Shown: positions 40,502-54,600 of the stretch, piece by piece
Layout: every line of letters begins with the position of its first letter
How positions within the stretch are numbered: the first letter of the stretch is position 1
Source: Dimorphilus gyrociliatus
Lineage: Eukaryota > Animalia > Annelida
Assembly (NCBI GenBank): GCA_904063045.1
Contig: CAJFCJ010000012.1
Span: 496,001-560,000 of the forward strand
Length of the DNA: 64,000 bases
Direction: 5' to 3'
Notes under the pieces: generated by a model
What the model was told of the DNA's origin: nothing
Databases searched by the model: none
The model's input: the letters and a program-made list of their open reading frames with translations, nothing else
Program-made: the position numbers and the translations under genes

Positions 40502-43115
40502 ATGAATTATTTTAACAGAATTTGTCTTACAGTTATTTTAATATATCAGGTTATTAAAAATTACTCAGACGTTTAATTCATTAAATATCTAAAAGAATTA
40601 TTACAACAGGTACAATCAAATACTAATTTCAGTAGCGCCGAAAAATCCACTGGGGAGACAACTGTCTATAGTGGCATTTCAAGTACAACTGTAGTACCTT
40701 CGAAGAGAACTACAAGATATGGATTTACTTGTAAATTTACTATTTTTCTGAAATTGTATTGTAATTATAAGTTATTGCATTTCATTAATAAACATCTCAG
40801 TAAGACCCTGTAGTAGAGGATACTATGGATATGGCTGCTTTCTTAAATGTAGATGCCTGAATCCTTCGGAAGCATGCGACACGCTAACTGGGAGATGTTC
40901 GAATTGTCGTCAACCGTTTACAGGACCGGGCTGTAATGAAGGTTATAAAACTACTCTAACGAATATAAACATTAATCTAGTTAAAATTAACAGTTGAATT
41001 CAAAGGAACACCCTCTATAACAATCGTTTTGGCATTGATGGTTATTATCTTAATTGTTAGCTCTCTCTTGTTACCTTTTATAAAACCGAAGAGGAAAAAA
41101 CAGCTACTCAATCAACCATTAGTTTCAAATGTATATTTTCGGCAAGCTGCAATAGAAGTTCCACCAACATTAAATTCAGGCAATAACAACGATGGGTACG
41201 AGGAACAAGAAGCACCTATTGAAAATGACTATGCTAATATTCCCAAGAGCACTTCTTTTAATGTAGCCGACTCAGAGTCCTATACAGATTCAATGCTTTC
41301 GCCCAATGTACCCAGAATTAGCGAATTGGATATTCAAGTTATGTCCGATATATTAGGAAAAGGTCGATTCGGTGATATTTTAAGTGGATTTATTGTGGAA
41401 GGAGGAAAACGTAAAAGAGTTGCTTTTAAGACACTAAAAGGTTTTTTCTTATCATCACAATAGATATAACACATATATATAACCTTTGAAATAGATGGTG
41501 CTAGGAAAGAAGAAAGAGAGAATTATTTAGCTACAATCGAAGTGTATTCTTCGTTAGAACCACATCCGAACATAATAAAATTTTACGGCATTTGCTTCGT
41601 TGATGGTGACTAATTTACCTCAATTTTTTTCTCACTTAATTAGCAATCTAAAGAAAATTTAAATTAACTAAAGGTCAAAAAAATTACAGGTCAATTTTTT
41701 TCCGCCTTCCAAGAAGCTGATAATGGAAATTTGAAAAATTTTTTAAAGATACACAGGGTAGACGAAGATCTTGTAAATCCAAATATGCTATTAAAGTACG
41801 CGCAAGACGTCGCCACTGGGATGTGCTACTTAGTGAATAAAGGGGTTAGCTGCATTTACAATAAATCTATTATTAGATAATTATTATTGGAAACAAAAGT
41901 CTTGAAATTTATTGAAGAATGAAGAGAAAAAGATAAATATACATTAAATATAAGATTACTTTATGGAATTTCAGATTATTCATGGTTCATTACAAGCCAA
42001 GAGAATATTAGTTTCTAAAGATTATACTGCAAAAATAACAGGCATTCAAAGATTGAAAGAAGATTATGGTTACTGTAATATACACGATAAGGTTATTTTG
42101 TTTCATTTTCCTTACCATTCTGCATGGGTTTAAAGAAACGGTTACGTAAGCTGATTAAGGAAGAAAAAAACCTTTTTAGAGAAAAATGCATCTATTTTTA
42201 TGACGTTAGTCAAATAAGTTATCAAAATCAATCATTGAGAGTAATCATTTCGTTAATTTACTTAGTACACTGCTCTTATATTTCTTTTGAAAATATTACT
42301 TATGTAAAAATTATGTTTTAACCTACCAGGATCCTAGAATAAGATGGTTAGCTCCAGAGAGTCTTACAGAAAATATTTCCAATAATTACACGGATGTGTA
42401 AGTGTCATATTTTATATATTAAATTATCATTCTATTATTCTTCTAAAATCTTATTCTTAGGAATGAACAATCTAAAATAATATTAAGATAGAGTGTATTC
42501 TCCATACTAAATGAATTACATTGAGGTTTTTTTGTTATACAGATGGTCTTATGGCGTTTTGCTATGGGAAATTATGTCTATAGGAGAACAGCCGTACACA
42601 AATGTTAAAACTGAAGACGTATTTAATTTATTAGAAACTGGCTATTTTCTAGAAAAACCAGAGAACTGTAATAAGACAGTGTACGTTTAGATTATTTACC
42701 ATTATACCTTTCACTTTGATGATGATATAGCATTTTTTCGAAATATTTTATTAATTAATCTTCCTATTAGATATGCACTTATGAAATGGTGTTGGAGTAG
42801 AGATCCTTTGGAAAGACCAAGTTTTATAGCGCTAAGTGACGGTTTCTTTGAAATATCCAGATCTGGTCAGGTACAAAAAAGAATAATATATACAAATAAA
42901 GTGATATGAATACTTTTGATAATCATCGAATTTATCTAATTTAGCTGCATAATACTTCTGAAGCTATATCTCCAGAGAATATGAAAGGCGATAGACCCTA
43001 CGATGAGCCTTCAAACCTTATTACTTCTACACCAAAAAAGGAAAAAGATGAAGCCGAAAATGTTTACAGCGAAATTGTTTTCAATCCTACAACGCATAAA
43101 TCAACTGAAGCGTAA
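40502..43115 (+). CDS. Single-pass receptor tyrosine-kinase-like protein with a Ser/Thr-rich stalk, one laminin/MEGF-type EGF module and a degenerate (pseudo)kinase domain
   Basis: Signal MNYFNRICLTVILIYQ|VQS; CSRGYYGYGCFLKCRC...CDTLTGRCSNC...FTGPGC; TM ITIVLALMVIILIVSSLLLPFI; LGKGRFG, VAFKTL, HPNIIKFYG, LLKYAQDVATGMCYL, IRWLAPES, DV|WSYGVLLWEIMSIGEQPY, CWSRDPLERPSF; about 11 small GT-AG introns; stop 43113-43115. Confidence 0.88.
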
Positions 43116-43353
43116 AGATTCCTCAATAAAAAAGACAATACTTGTTCTTTTATTTAACTATATACACATTTGATAAATGATTCAATATTAACATATAATA
43201 AAGAAGATACAGATTGTTTAAATGATAAAACATGTACAATATACTAATATTTTTGTATTTTTATTTGATATAATATCATAATTTATTTGTTAAATATAAT
43301 TATAAACTATTAATTGAATTCAAGAAATCTGTGTGGTGAGGAGTACGCGATTT

Positions 43354-46300
43354 TCAAGTTTTGGCAGAGACAACTTTTCTCGTTGGGAAGTTTGCTGTAA
43401 TGGAAATATGTAAATTTATTAAACTAGGAAAATAATTTTAATATTCATAATCAATATGGTTATACATTAAATATTTGTGATTTGTGATATAAATATAATA
43501 TGTTACATTCCTTTTTTCTATCAAAACTAGTGTAATAAAAATATTTCACATGCATTTTCATTGACAATGATTTTTATAAATAATATATTGATAAGTATCA
43601 TGCTGTCTTTGAGTTTACTTGTACCTGTAGAAGTAATTCTATCAACCATTTGTTTAGTTCTCAGGTATTTCCCAATCTATTATTCAGTAAATGTTAATTT
43701 AAATAAATCAATTTAATTTATTTTACTTATGTCTATAGTATATACTGTATATATATACAATATGTATTGTACACTATTTAATAGAATGTTATTGTTAAAT
43801 ATTTATTCATTTCTTACCGATATGAAGGCTTGCATATTCTTTCGTAATAACTTCTTGTAATTGCAATCGTGCGAATAGCCGTGCTTATCTTTCTGAGAAA
43901 AAGACTTGACTCTCTTAATAACAGGTGTAGTATCGTCCCAAGAGTATTTCGTGTGATGCAATTTAATCTTTTTCTGCTTTCTCTCTGTACAACTTGTTGG
44001 CAAGTTTGAGTTTTGCCAATTATCTGGATTTTTTGCTTTACTACTTGGAAAATTATGTATAGATGGCAACTTTGATTCTGGATCTTCTAATTCTAAGAGA
44101 TTCGATTGAGTTAGATGAAAATCAATAGAATCAAATAGGCTAATACTGTCTTGTTGTTCTTTCAAATCAGGTAGCCTGTTTAAATTAGTTAAATCATTCA
44201 TTGGTAAAGGCAAATCAAAATCATCATTTAATGTAATAAAAGGAGAGAGAAAAGGTTTTAAGTCATAAAAGGAATATGACTTTTCATTAGGCAAATCTAA
44301 AGAAAAACGTTTTATTTGTTGATGACTTGGAATTTTTGTGAAATTTGGACAATATCTGCTGAAAATAAGGATATCTTTTTTATGCGTAATAGATAGTAAA
44401 AATGCAAGTTATTTTACTAGTAAAGATTATATGGTATAACTAATTAATGCATGTTTAGTATTGATTTCCTTACTTTTTTTCAAGTTTTCGACTCGTCTCT
44501 AGCTGTGAGGGGACTTTTCCTTTAGGGCCTCTAGGAGAAACCCCTTCTTGATTAACTTTTCCTGAACGCCAATGCAAGGCCAGCAAACCGTATTTTGATG
44601 TTCCCTCCCTGCAGGTATGAGAAGATTATATTCAATCAAAGGACTGTATACTCAAAATAGCACTAACTCCGTATTCGCATGGATACCATGCCTGCCAGGC
44701 ATACTTTCCACAACATGTTTCTTGACCTCAACCTCCTTCAGGGACAGAATTAATTACGTTTATTGCTTAAATAAGATCATATACTAAATAAAAATTTACT
44801 TGGATATTTTCAAATTCTACTTTTTTCAAGTACCGCATACCCATGTCTGCATTTTTGATGTCGGGTAATTCACCTTCTCTGGGTGTTATCTGCCTAGGCT
44901 TATATGGTGGAACTTCACTCTTTATAACTTTAAAATTACTTAATGAAGCTAAAGATTTCTTCCAATCTGTTTCTGAAGATGTAAAATAGGAAAAATTTAT
45001 AGTTTATATATATTTTGTGTATATACATATGATACATTCCAGTTTTTTTACACTTACCAATAAAGACATCTACTGGTTTTATTTGATTATCATAAATTTG
45101 ATCAATTCTCTTAGTTGCATTAGTCATTTTATCTTTTCTTTCCTCAATGGAAACTTTATCTTCAATCTTATGATCTGTGTTGTCTTTTATATCGATCTCT
45201 GTTTAAAAAGTTTATTTACTGCATAAAAACAAAACTTTATCTATATAAATTATTTTTCTGTTGACTTATTCTGATTAAACTATTCAAGATTACACATTTT
45301 AAACTAAATTAAATTAATAAAAGAACAGTCTAATGAAGTTAGTTAACTTAGGAGGTTTTCGTTTACATTTGATGAATTTTAATAACTTCAAAACCTTGTG
45401 GGTAATCCGTCTTTAAATTTGTGTCATAGCAATGTAGGACTGATGGAGAGGGCGTTGACATGTTAATTCCTTCACCTGTGGACATTGACAAATTACACAC
45501 GTGATTTAAAAAGTTTATTTGATGAATTAGAATTACTTTTTAACGGAGATATACTATTTTCTATTTTTTCATCATTGTTTAACATAGGAAGTTCGGCCGC
45601 TTTTTCTTCTTCTGTCAGATTCTTCATTGGTCTATATTTAGACAAAAAAGACAAACAATAGCCCTTTGTTTATAAAAATTTGAATAAAATAATCATACGT
45701 TGTTGTAATATCAACTTGTAGAACATTTAAGGAGCTTTATGAAGAGAAAAATAGTATAATTATTCTATTTAACTTTAAGGATAGAATTTACTTTGATGTT
45801 TCGTCTCTATCCAGGGGAGTTTGCCTTTCAGATAAATTAAAAGTTGATGTATTATTTACTCTCTTCTCCGCCTTTGATTTGACCTTCTTCGAGCCTTTTT
45901 TTTTAATAAAACAAGAGCATAGTACATTATTCTATAATAAAATTGATTTTATGTTTTGTATAGAGAAAAAATAAGCACGTTTCTTGTTTTATAAATATTA
46001 AAAAGTTATAGAAAATCATTTTTACAAGCAAAATCAATTAGTCTTTAATGGAAATTATGAAAAAATATTGGTTAAGGAGGCACAAAAGTTTTAATTGATT
46101 AATCTTATATGTTAAAGGTGTTTAGGTGAATATTTTACCACTATTTGCGGTTTTAGATTCCTTTTGAAAAGTTTCTTCTAAAACATTGGATTCTGTTAAC
46201 TCTGTAATATATCTTTCATTTTCTATGGTTTCTTTGATGTTTAACTTTAATGGTTCATTATCCGATTTTTTTTCGCAGTTGGATGTAATTTTAGTTTGAT

Positions 46301-47890
46301 CATTCTCTTGACAGAGAATGGTTGGTGGTGGACTTAATATAGATACTGTCAAACCCTTATGCTGAATATCTTCTTCAATATTGGCTGTTTGTCTGTGAAA
46401 TTTCCCAACTTCTGGCAGAGGATGCAAGTCGATGTTATGTAAAATTATGGACTCTGGAGAAATTATCTTTTCCCGTTTAACGCTTAAACTATTCACAGAA
46501 TATCTTTCTCTATCCGTTCTCTTTGAACTCTTTGTACCTTTACACCTCTTCAGCTCTAAATCCTCAGATTCACTAGTTATTTCGATAGATTCTTGACTAA
46601 TATAAGATTCATCTAACTGGGTGTCTATATAAACACTTTTGGATAACACACTTTTTAAATCAACGGTTAGGTGTGCATTTGGTGATTCAATAAAATTTAA
46701 ATTAGGCAAATCATCAGAGTTAGAATAACCTTCATTGAAGTCAGAAGATGACTCAGATAAATAAAAATCCCTTTCATTATTATTCTGTTCTCTGGAATTT
46801 AAGTGTAAATTCTTTTGAGATGTTGAATTAGATAGTTTGAATGTAGATTTTGAAGAGTCCGTTGAATTCGTAGTCAAAGTATCATTAAGTACATCTTCAT
46901 CTAAATTATAGATGTATATTTATATATAAATATATATATATATCAATATCAGGAAATATAGGAGAAGTTTTGAATAAACTTAATAATAGTATACTTAATT
47001 TAGAATTTATATATACTGTATATAAGTTACATATTCTACATTTTAAGAAATTTTCAATCATACATTTACCTTTTTTATGATTCTTTATCTTTTTAGTACT
47101 TTTACGTTCTTTTATTTTTTCCATTACCTGATAAATAGGTATATTACATTAAATAATAGGATATTTGAAAGGATTCTATCGTTTCCTTTCTGACCTCTTG
47201 AAGTTGTTGAGGATTTTTTAATAATTCAGGCATATCTTCAATTAATCCTAAATCATCCATATTCTTTTCATCTCCTTCAGACAATTTGGTTAGAATCTCT
47301 TCTAACAATATCTTCTGTTACACATAAATTTTCTTAGAAAACATAGTCAGAAGTGATAAGTATAATAGTATATTTTTATATAGCATTTATGTATCTTTGC
47401 GCCTACTCTATGTAAGAATTGTATCAAATAGTACAACTAGTAAAACAATATCTGTTATACCTCATCCCCGGTTTTGAAGTCGATACTCTCTAAAATCTCA
47501 TCTAGCTTGGTTGAATTTCCAAGAATTTCTTTTATTTTTTTCCATCCTTTTCTTTTCTTTTCTTTCTGTTTTATATTGAAATTATATATCGATTGTATTT
47601 AATGTAAAAACCGGAATTATTTTGATGTATATATATATTTGGATATTTTAGATAATAGTTTATATTTGCTTATATAAAATATATAAATATATAGTATATA
47701 TTGTATATACTCTAAATATACATATACATATTAAAAACGAGTAAAATATTCCATTTTAAAAGCATTTCTATAAAAAGAAAAGATAGCTAATGAAGTTAAG
47801 TATGATGTTATTTAACTCAACAAACCCTATGTGAATCAAATGTTATAAAAATAATTTTGAGGGGGAAGTGAAGCAGAGAAAGGGAAAGAT

Positions 47891-47941
<51 letters not shown>

Positions 47942-50900
47942 GAGAGGGATAGGACAGAAGATCAATCGAAATGAAGAAGAGAATAGGAATAGAAAAAAAA
48001 GTAAGAAAAAGCAACAGTGTAAATTATTAAATTCATCAAAGTCATAGTTTAATCGAAAAAGGTCAAGTCTTTTTATTATATTTCTTATTATTTACTATTT
48101 TTTGCTCGCATTTATCAAACCTTTTTATTCATTAAAGAATGTTTTGCCTCATTTTCCTGGGATACGACTAACGAGCTCTTTTTGTTATATCGTTTATTTT
48201 TATCTTTTAATTTTGTGGGGGAATCTTTATAGTTTTCCTGATCAGCGTTTATAGGGTCTAATCGTTTCTTTTCTGCTGTTCCTTGCATTAGACTTATGCC
48301 ATTCTTTTTATTGTTAATTTTTGGTAAACTAATATCATTCTTTAATGAAGAAGCTATTTCTCGACCCTTTTTTAATGTTTTATCAGTACTATTTATAGAT
48401 TTTTTTCCATCCTTTATAAAATATGAAAATAGCAAGTTAATTAATCTATAATAAATCCTAATTAAATTTTGATTTTATTCAGATTCTTATTATAGAATTA
48501 AGAGGTATAGTTACCGAATTTTTTCTTAATACAGTTTGGTTAAAATTATCCCCAAGGGTAACTACTGACATCTGTATTGTGAAAGTAAAATGAAGTGATT
48601 TTAAGTACTCATAATGTTTTCTGTATGTTGGAAAACATCGAATAATAGGAACAGAATAAAGTATATTACCATTGATTGATTTTTTTCAACAGAATCAACT
48701 GTTTGGGAGACCTTTTTTGAGGGAATTTCCGTGAAAACATTGAAATTTTATTTTAGCATGCATTTTATATACATTATATATATTAAAACTATGATATTAC
48801 CATTGACTGATTTTTATCAACAGAATTAAGTGTTTGGGAGGTCTTTTTTGAGGGAATTTCCGTGGAAACATTGGAATTCTATTTTAACATGCATTTTATA
48901 TATACATTGTATATAAAAAAAAAGTTTATTATTTACAGTGGAACTAGGAGTTTTGGGTAACACTTCAGCTAAAGCCAGCTTCCGTTCCATCCCGAAAGCC
49001 TCTAAGACTTTAATAGTATTTTGCTTCCTCTCGTGTGACGGATGCTATTTAAAGTTATTCTCTTTAATTATATCTTTAGTGTCTATCAAAATTAATTCTA
49101 TATTGAAAGAAGAAACAAACGTTTAACTGGTCTGTCAATTCAGTAAGAATTAATTGCAAAAGTTCAGGGGGGTATCCGAAATTTCTGTTAAAAAGGAAAC
49201 AGAATAAAACCCAGGAAAAGATATATTATTGAAAACAGTAACATTTTCTTTTTTCTATACTTACTCATTAATTTCGATTAGATAGTTGCATATAGCTTTG
49301 TGGGAATGGTCGTTGCAATTTCGTGTTATTTCTATCATAGCTCTAATTATACTTTCAGGGTTATTGGGAACATTTCTCATAAACCATCTTTCCTTTAAAA
49401 TTCTTTGAAATATTTCAGGTAGCTATTATTTATATTAGAAAACTTGTCAATAGAACAATCAAAGGTAGATTAAACACTAAAGTACCTCAGATTTTTTATC
49501 CTCGTTAATGGAATCCCTTTTACCAGATTTTGTCCCTTTACCCCATAAATCATCACCAAGTTGTACTTTGGGAAGAGTTAAATTCTTTCCTTTATATTTT
49601 TCTGAAAAGTGAAAGAAAGATATTATAAAATATAAGTATTGACATAATCGATTTAGGTTAAGATATAAACGACAAAATACCGTGCCCATTATACAATAGT
49701 TAACAATATTTCTTATATATGCATACAATATGATTACTTGAAGGGTTTATTACGGTATTAATTAGTTACACCAAACAAAGTCGCAACAAAAAAACAACCC
49801 CAAATAATTAAAAAAAAAGCGGGATATTTCGGTAGGGGTTTTTTTTATTAATTTATCTGATTTTATCTTTTCCCCTTTTCAATAGCAACACAATATTTAA
49901 GGTGAAGTGCAACATTTATTGTGCACCGATATTAGCCTGTCACTATTACCAATTATTGCATCGGTATTCGGCATAGAACTCTCATTAATTCCTGGAAAAG
50001 ATTTATTAATAATTGCAGTTTTTCATATCTTCAGAGAGCAGATAAGGAAAGCCGAAATCAACTTTTAGTACATAGATTAGAAATATTTATACGTTTTATG
50101 AGAGGGAGAGAAAGAGAAATAGAAGGAGAAGGAAGAGAGAGAGAAGAAATAATAAGAGTAAAGATAAAAAAAGAGCGGTAAAGGAGATAAAGGAAGAGAT
50201 AGTCTCTTGGATAGTTGAATTTGAGATATTCACATCTATTGATATTACGTAATCTACCTAAAATTCTATCGATTTCTCTTAATCTCAATGTTCTAGGAGA
50301 AGGTGGCTTATAGAGGGGTAACTTTTTCCTGTTAGCTCTTTCCTCTAATACTTTCTTTCTTCGTTCTTTCCATATAGCCTCTAACTCTTCATCGTCATAC
50401 TCTCTAGTGTATTTTGTAGATTTTTCCACTTTATATCAAAATAGAAAACTTTTTATATATAAATAAACTGTTGAATAATAGTGTAGAATTAAGAGATCAT
50501 AAACAGTGCTAATTTATAATATTACTATTTTCTCAAATCAAAAGTTGATAACATGCATGCAATCTTTTATAAAAACACTTACCCGAAACACGTGTAGATT
50601 CTTTAGATAAATTAGGAGTGGGTGTATTCTTTATTATATCTTGATCAGCAAAGTCTAGGTCGACATCCTGTGTACGATTTAATAGAAATATTTTAACTAA
50701 ATGAATAACGCTGAGAATTAGTTTATTAATTAATTGATTGATTGATTGAAATGTATTATGTGTTGAAAAATGATATCATTTTTAATTTTGACACAAAGCA
50801 ATCTATCTATAAAAGTGATTAATATGATATTTGTTAATGAAAAGGAAGAGTTTAAATAGTGACAATTTATTATTAAAATAGTAGGAACATATGATATATT

Positions 50901-51631
50901 TAAAGTTTATTACTGCTATTTGGTTAATTAGTTCATTGGGAAGTAGCTACAAGGCTTCCTTCTCTACTAGAGTTTTTAGTTAAATATATGCAAGTACTTG
51001 TAGCTATTATTAGAGTAATATTAGTAAATTATGTCATTTTGAAGTTGAAGTGAATTGTTGAGTTTCAAGTGATTAAATATAAAATTGTTCTATATGGAAA
51101 AAAACCTCTGTAGTAATTTCACTATTAGATCTCCCGATGGGTTCAACTGCAATTGCAGTTTCTACAATTTTTGCTGCTGCAGTCTTTTTTTCCTTATTAT
51201 AATATGAATAAATTTAAAATTTATCTTTATATAAATGAAATGTATAAGCTAAAAAAAGTCTAAGAAAACTTACTATTGTAACATGCTTCGATCTTAAATA
51301 GTCCTTTTCAAAATCAGACAACGGAGGTAGCTAAAAATATAAGTTAACAATAAACTCTAAGTAACAAAATATTTAATTACAGGTGGAGGCTGCCAAATTT
51401 CCGATTTATCTTCTTTTTCAAGTTGACTTATATCATTCCAGCTAAACGCCTTACGAATAGCAGAATTCGGTACGTAGCCTAATTTTTTTTAACTTGATTA
51501 GAGAATAACGGTATAAAATGAAGTAAAAAAGGTCAAGAACCGTCGGGTGGAATAGGATATTTTCTTCTTTCTTCCTCGGTAAGACTGATGGGCTTAAGTT
51601 CAGCTAAACCCTTTTCATCTTTATTCCTCAT
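43354..51631 (-). CDS. Large multi-exon uncharacterised protein, Lys/Glu/Ser/Asn-rich low complexity; no domain recognised
   Basis: Chain of open minus-strand exons with GT-AG borders (MRNKDEKGLAELKP..., GYVPNSAIRKAFSW..., EELEAIWKERRKK..., ORFs 48115-48435, 46122-46877, 43803-44294). Several junctions, especially 44480-44750, and both ends are uncertain; this could be two genes. Confidence 0.6.
47898..47936. repeat. (GA)n microsatellite; similar tracts at about 12802-12818, 17620-17650 and 63187-63211
   Basis: Direct reading. Confidence 0.95.
48661..48915. repeat. Tandem duplication, two copies of about 131 bp, each containing a 78-nt exon-like segment
   Basis: tattaccattgattgatttttttcaacagaatcaactgtttgggagacc... 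(48664) versus tattaccattgactgatttttatcaacagaattaagtgtttgggaggtc... (48795); clearly alignable with scattered substitutions. Confidence 0.9.
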
Positions 51632-54600
51632 TTCTAATAATAATTAAAGAGAAAATAGCAAAATTTACTTGAATATACAATAAAAGCTATGGAGTAAGTT
51701 ATCTGATCAATAAACTATACCTGATGAAATTAAGATAGTTTTGTTATTTTTATCCTTGTAGTTGCTGTGGTTGATCAACCTATGAGAGAAAGAAGGAAAA
51801 GTACAACGATTAAACACGAAAAAATATTTTTACAGCCACTTAAATTTCTTTTCATATATTAATAGAACAACTTTTTATTAAATGTTCTATTTATAATATG
51901 TCATAATATCTTAATAAATCTTAACTAATTTTCTTTTACTAACTATTCACAAATAACGCTTTAAAAATTATAGATATAGTCACACTTTAATATTTATTCT
52001 CCTATACCCAACTTCGTGTTCAATATAACCAGACAAAGAAAAATACTGTAATAGCTCTATGACAACAAGGCATCGTTTAAATTTTGCATCGTAAATTTGT
52101 TTCATTGAACGAAAAGAAAAAAAAATATACTAGGCCTACAAGGGGGAAGACTAAGGTTGATGTACTGTCTTTGTTTGTGTTTACATTTTAATTTCATTGA
52201 ATAGGACTATGATAGAAAGTAAGACAGAGAAAGATAGATAAGAGAAAGAGGTTAATTTATATACTGTGGACAGTAAACAAGTATATTTGAAATATAATGA
52301 TGTTTAAAAGAGAAATTACTGTATTATTTAGTCAAAATTTAGGACATTTTTTAATTTAATATATCTACAAAAAAGCAATATTATTAAAGGATTTTAATAA
52401 AGGATTAATGATTGAAAAGTGTCACAATCCGTATAATTTTGATTTGATCCTAACGAAAATAAACATTTAATTGATTATTTACATTTTCATTCGTTGATAA
52501 CCTCCTCTAAATAAATATTTTACAAAATAAGACTTAATCTATATATATACTGTATATGTAAATAAAAAGTATATCCACTATATAGGCTATATCTAATTGA
52601 ATCAATTAAAGAAGCCATTAATAATTAGTTTCAGTGGAAAATTGTTACCTGAAACATATTCGAAAACAAGTTTAAATTGTACTTAAAAAACATTGCCATA
52701 TTAAAATTAAACTTACCAATTGAGTTATTCAGAGCTTTCTGTGAAATATTGAATGTTCTGAGAATGACCTTTTATTCTCTTCAAAGCGATTGTTTTCTAA
52801 CAAATTTTTATCCACTTGATTTTTATTTAAATGTTAATAAAAGGCAAACTTGAAGGAAGAATTATTTCAATATAAATTCTCCGCTAGAAGATAATCCCTG
52901 CAATTTTAATTTTCTCATAATTTCTACGTATCCAAGACAAAAAAGATCATCTAGTAAATAATCAATTCATTCATGTCGTCGCCTTAATCAACTATCGAAC
53001 GTTTCGGTATTGATTTCTTTAATATAGATAACTGCTATGACAGTATTTTACAAAGAGGAGATTCACTAGAAAGTGACAGAGTTTTGCGATGAACTGTTTA
53101 CTCAATGATCAATATATAACGGGAGTGTAGCCAAATCTCTAAACTGAAAAAGGGTAAAATATTTAGGGTGTAAAATGGTCTTGTTGGATTATCGACTTAA
53201 TCTCTGCTTTGATATGAAGCGCTTTACGAGTTTTGGGCAAACGATTTGTTGACATTAGTGAACAGCTCTAGAGTTTAATGACACTTGTAACTTTTATTTA
53301 CAGAGCAGGTGTTGCTTGTAGCAGACTATTTTGTTCGATATTCCTATGGAAATCTATTATAGGCCTGAAAGCTGACACTTACTTTTTTTGTTTTAGAAAA
53401 CAACCATAAATAGAACTAGTCTAACTAAGATGTTTCATTATCAAACTAGGTAAGGAAAAGAACAAACAATCAGAAGAATTGTAAACAAAAGTGTAAATAC
53501 AAGAGAAAGTTAGGAAATTATTTAGATTAAACAAGAGTATACTCCTTCCTTCTTTTATATAAATACTTACAAAAAAGGATACTCTTTATACAGAAATATG
53601 TTTATTAAACCGATATTCAAGAAGGTTAAATGTATTTATATATATTATACATATTTCCTTTTTGTTGTATATTTCTTGATAAAGAAATGAGATCTTTCAG
53701 TTAATAATTCGTTTGAATAATCTAAAAGAGAACATGAACGGCTATTTCTTATATATACAATCAGTTATTTATCTATATAGAAGTATTAACACTTAGAAAA
53801 ATATTATTCCATGGCATAAAAAAAGAAAAATGACTTCATCAGCCTATTTTGTGCCTTTTGATTGTATTATACAAACGTGTGAAATATAAAAAAATGCCAA
53901 TTACCTGAAGGGCTAGTTATGTTGAATAATATCAATTTTTTATAAATTTTAGTTATACCAGAGCGTTGGAGAAAGTAGAGAAGAAAGGGAAAATCTATTA
54001 ATTTTTTATAATTTTATACAACAATTAACACCATTCCTTCTTTTTCATATTTCAATAATATTTATGTATCTCCTTTCTCTGTATACTGTGTATTATGTAT
54101 ATATTCTTATATATATTATAAATTTCTCTTTTTTCATTTACGAGACAAAAATGCCATAAAAAAGTGTTTGATTATGGTAATTCCTGTCAATAGGCCTTTA
54201 TTTGCAGGTTTCAAAACAATATCGATATCGTTAACGGTAGGTCACAACTCGACAATTATATTATAAAATACTTTGTCTAATTAATCAATTATACTTTTGC
54301 AATACACTATTATATTCGTTTTTAATTGTTGTCTGTCATTTTCATCTTCTATTCAAATATTAAGTCTCTTAAAATTTTTCCACATTATTCTCTCTTCCCA
54401 CTCTTTTTTTCTTTCTTTTCGCATAGTTTTCCATTTTCATTCTTTTCCATTGTTCAATGAAAAAGAAAAAAAACGGATTTATAAATAATCAGTAATCTAT
54501 TGAACACCAGGATTTTATATCACAACGCCATCTACAGAATAGAATTAATCTTATTGTAGAATATCAAAGGTTTAGTAGAGAAATATTATATTATTAAAGA

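Noticed and set aside
44480-44750. GC-elevated segment in the orphan gene with several competing splice sites
   Set aside because: Most likely ordinary exons. I could not fix a unique frame, so no alternative-splicing or insertion claim is made.
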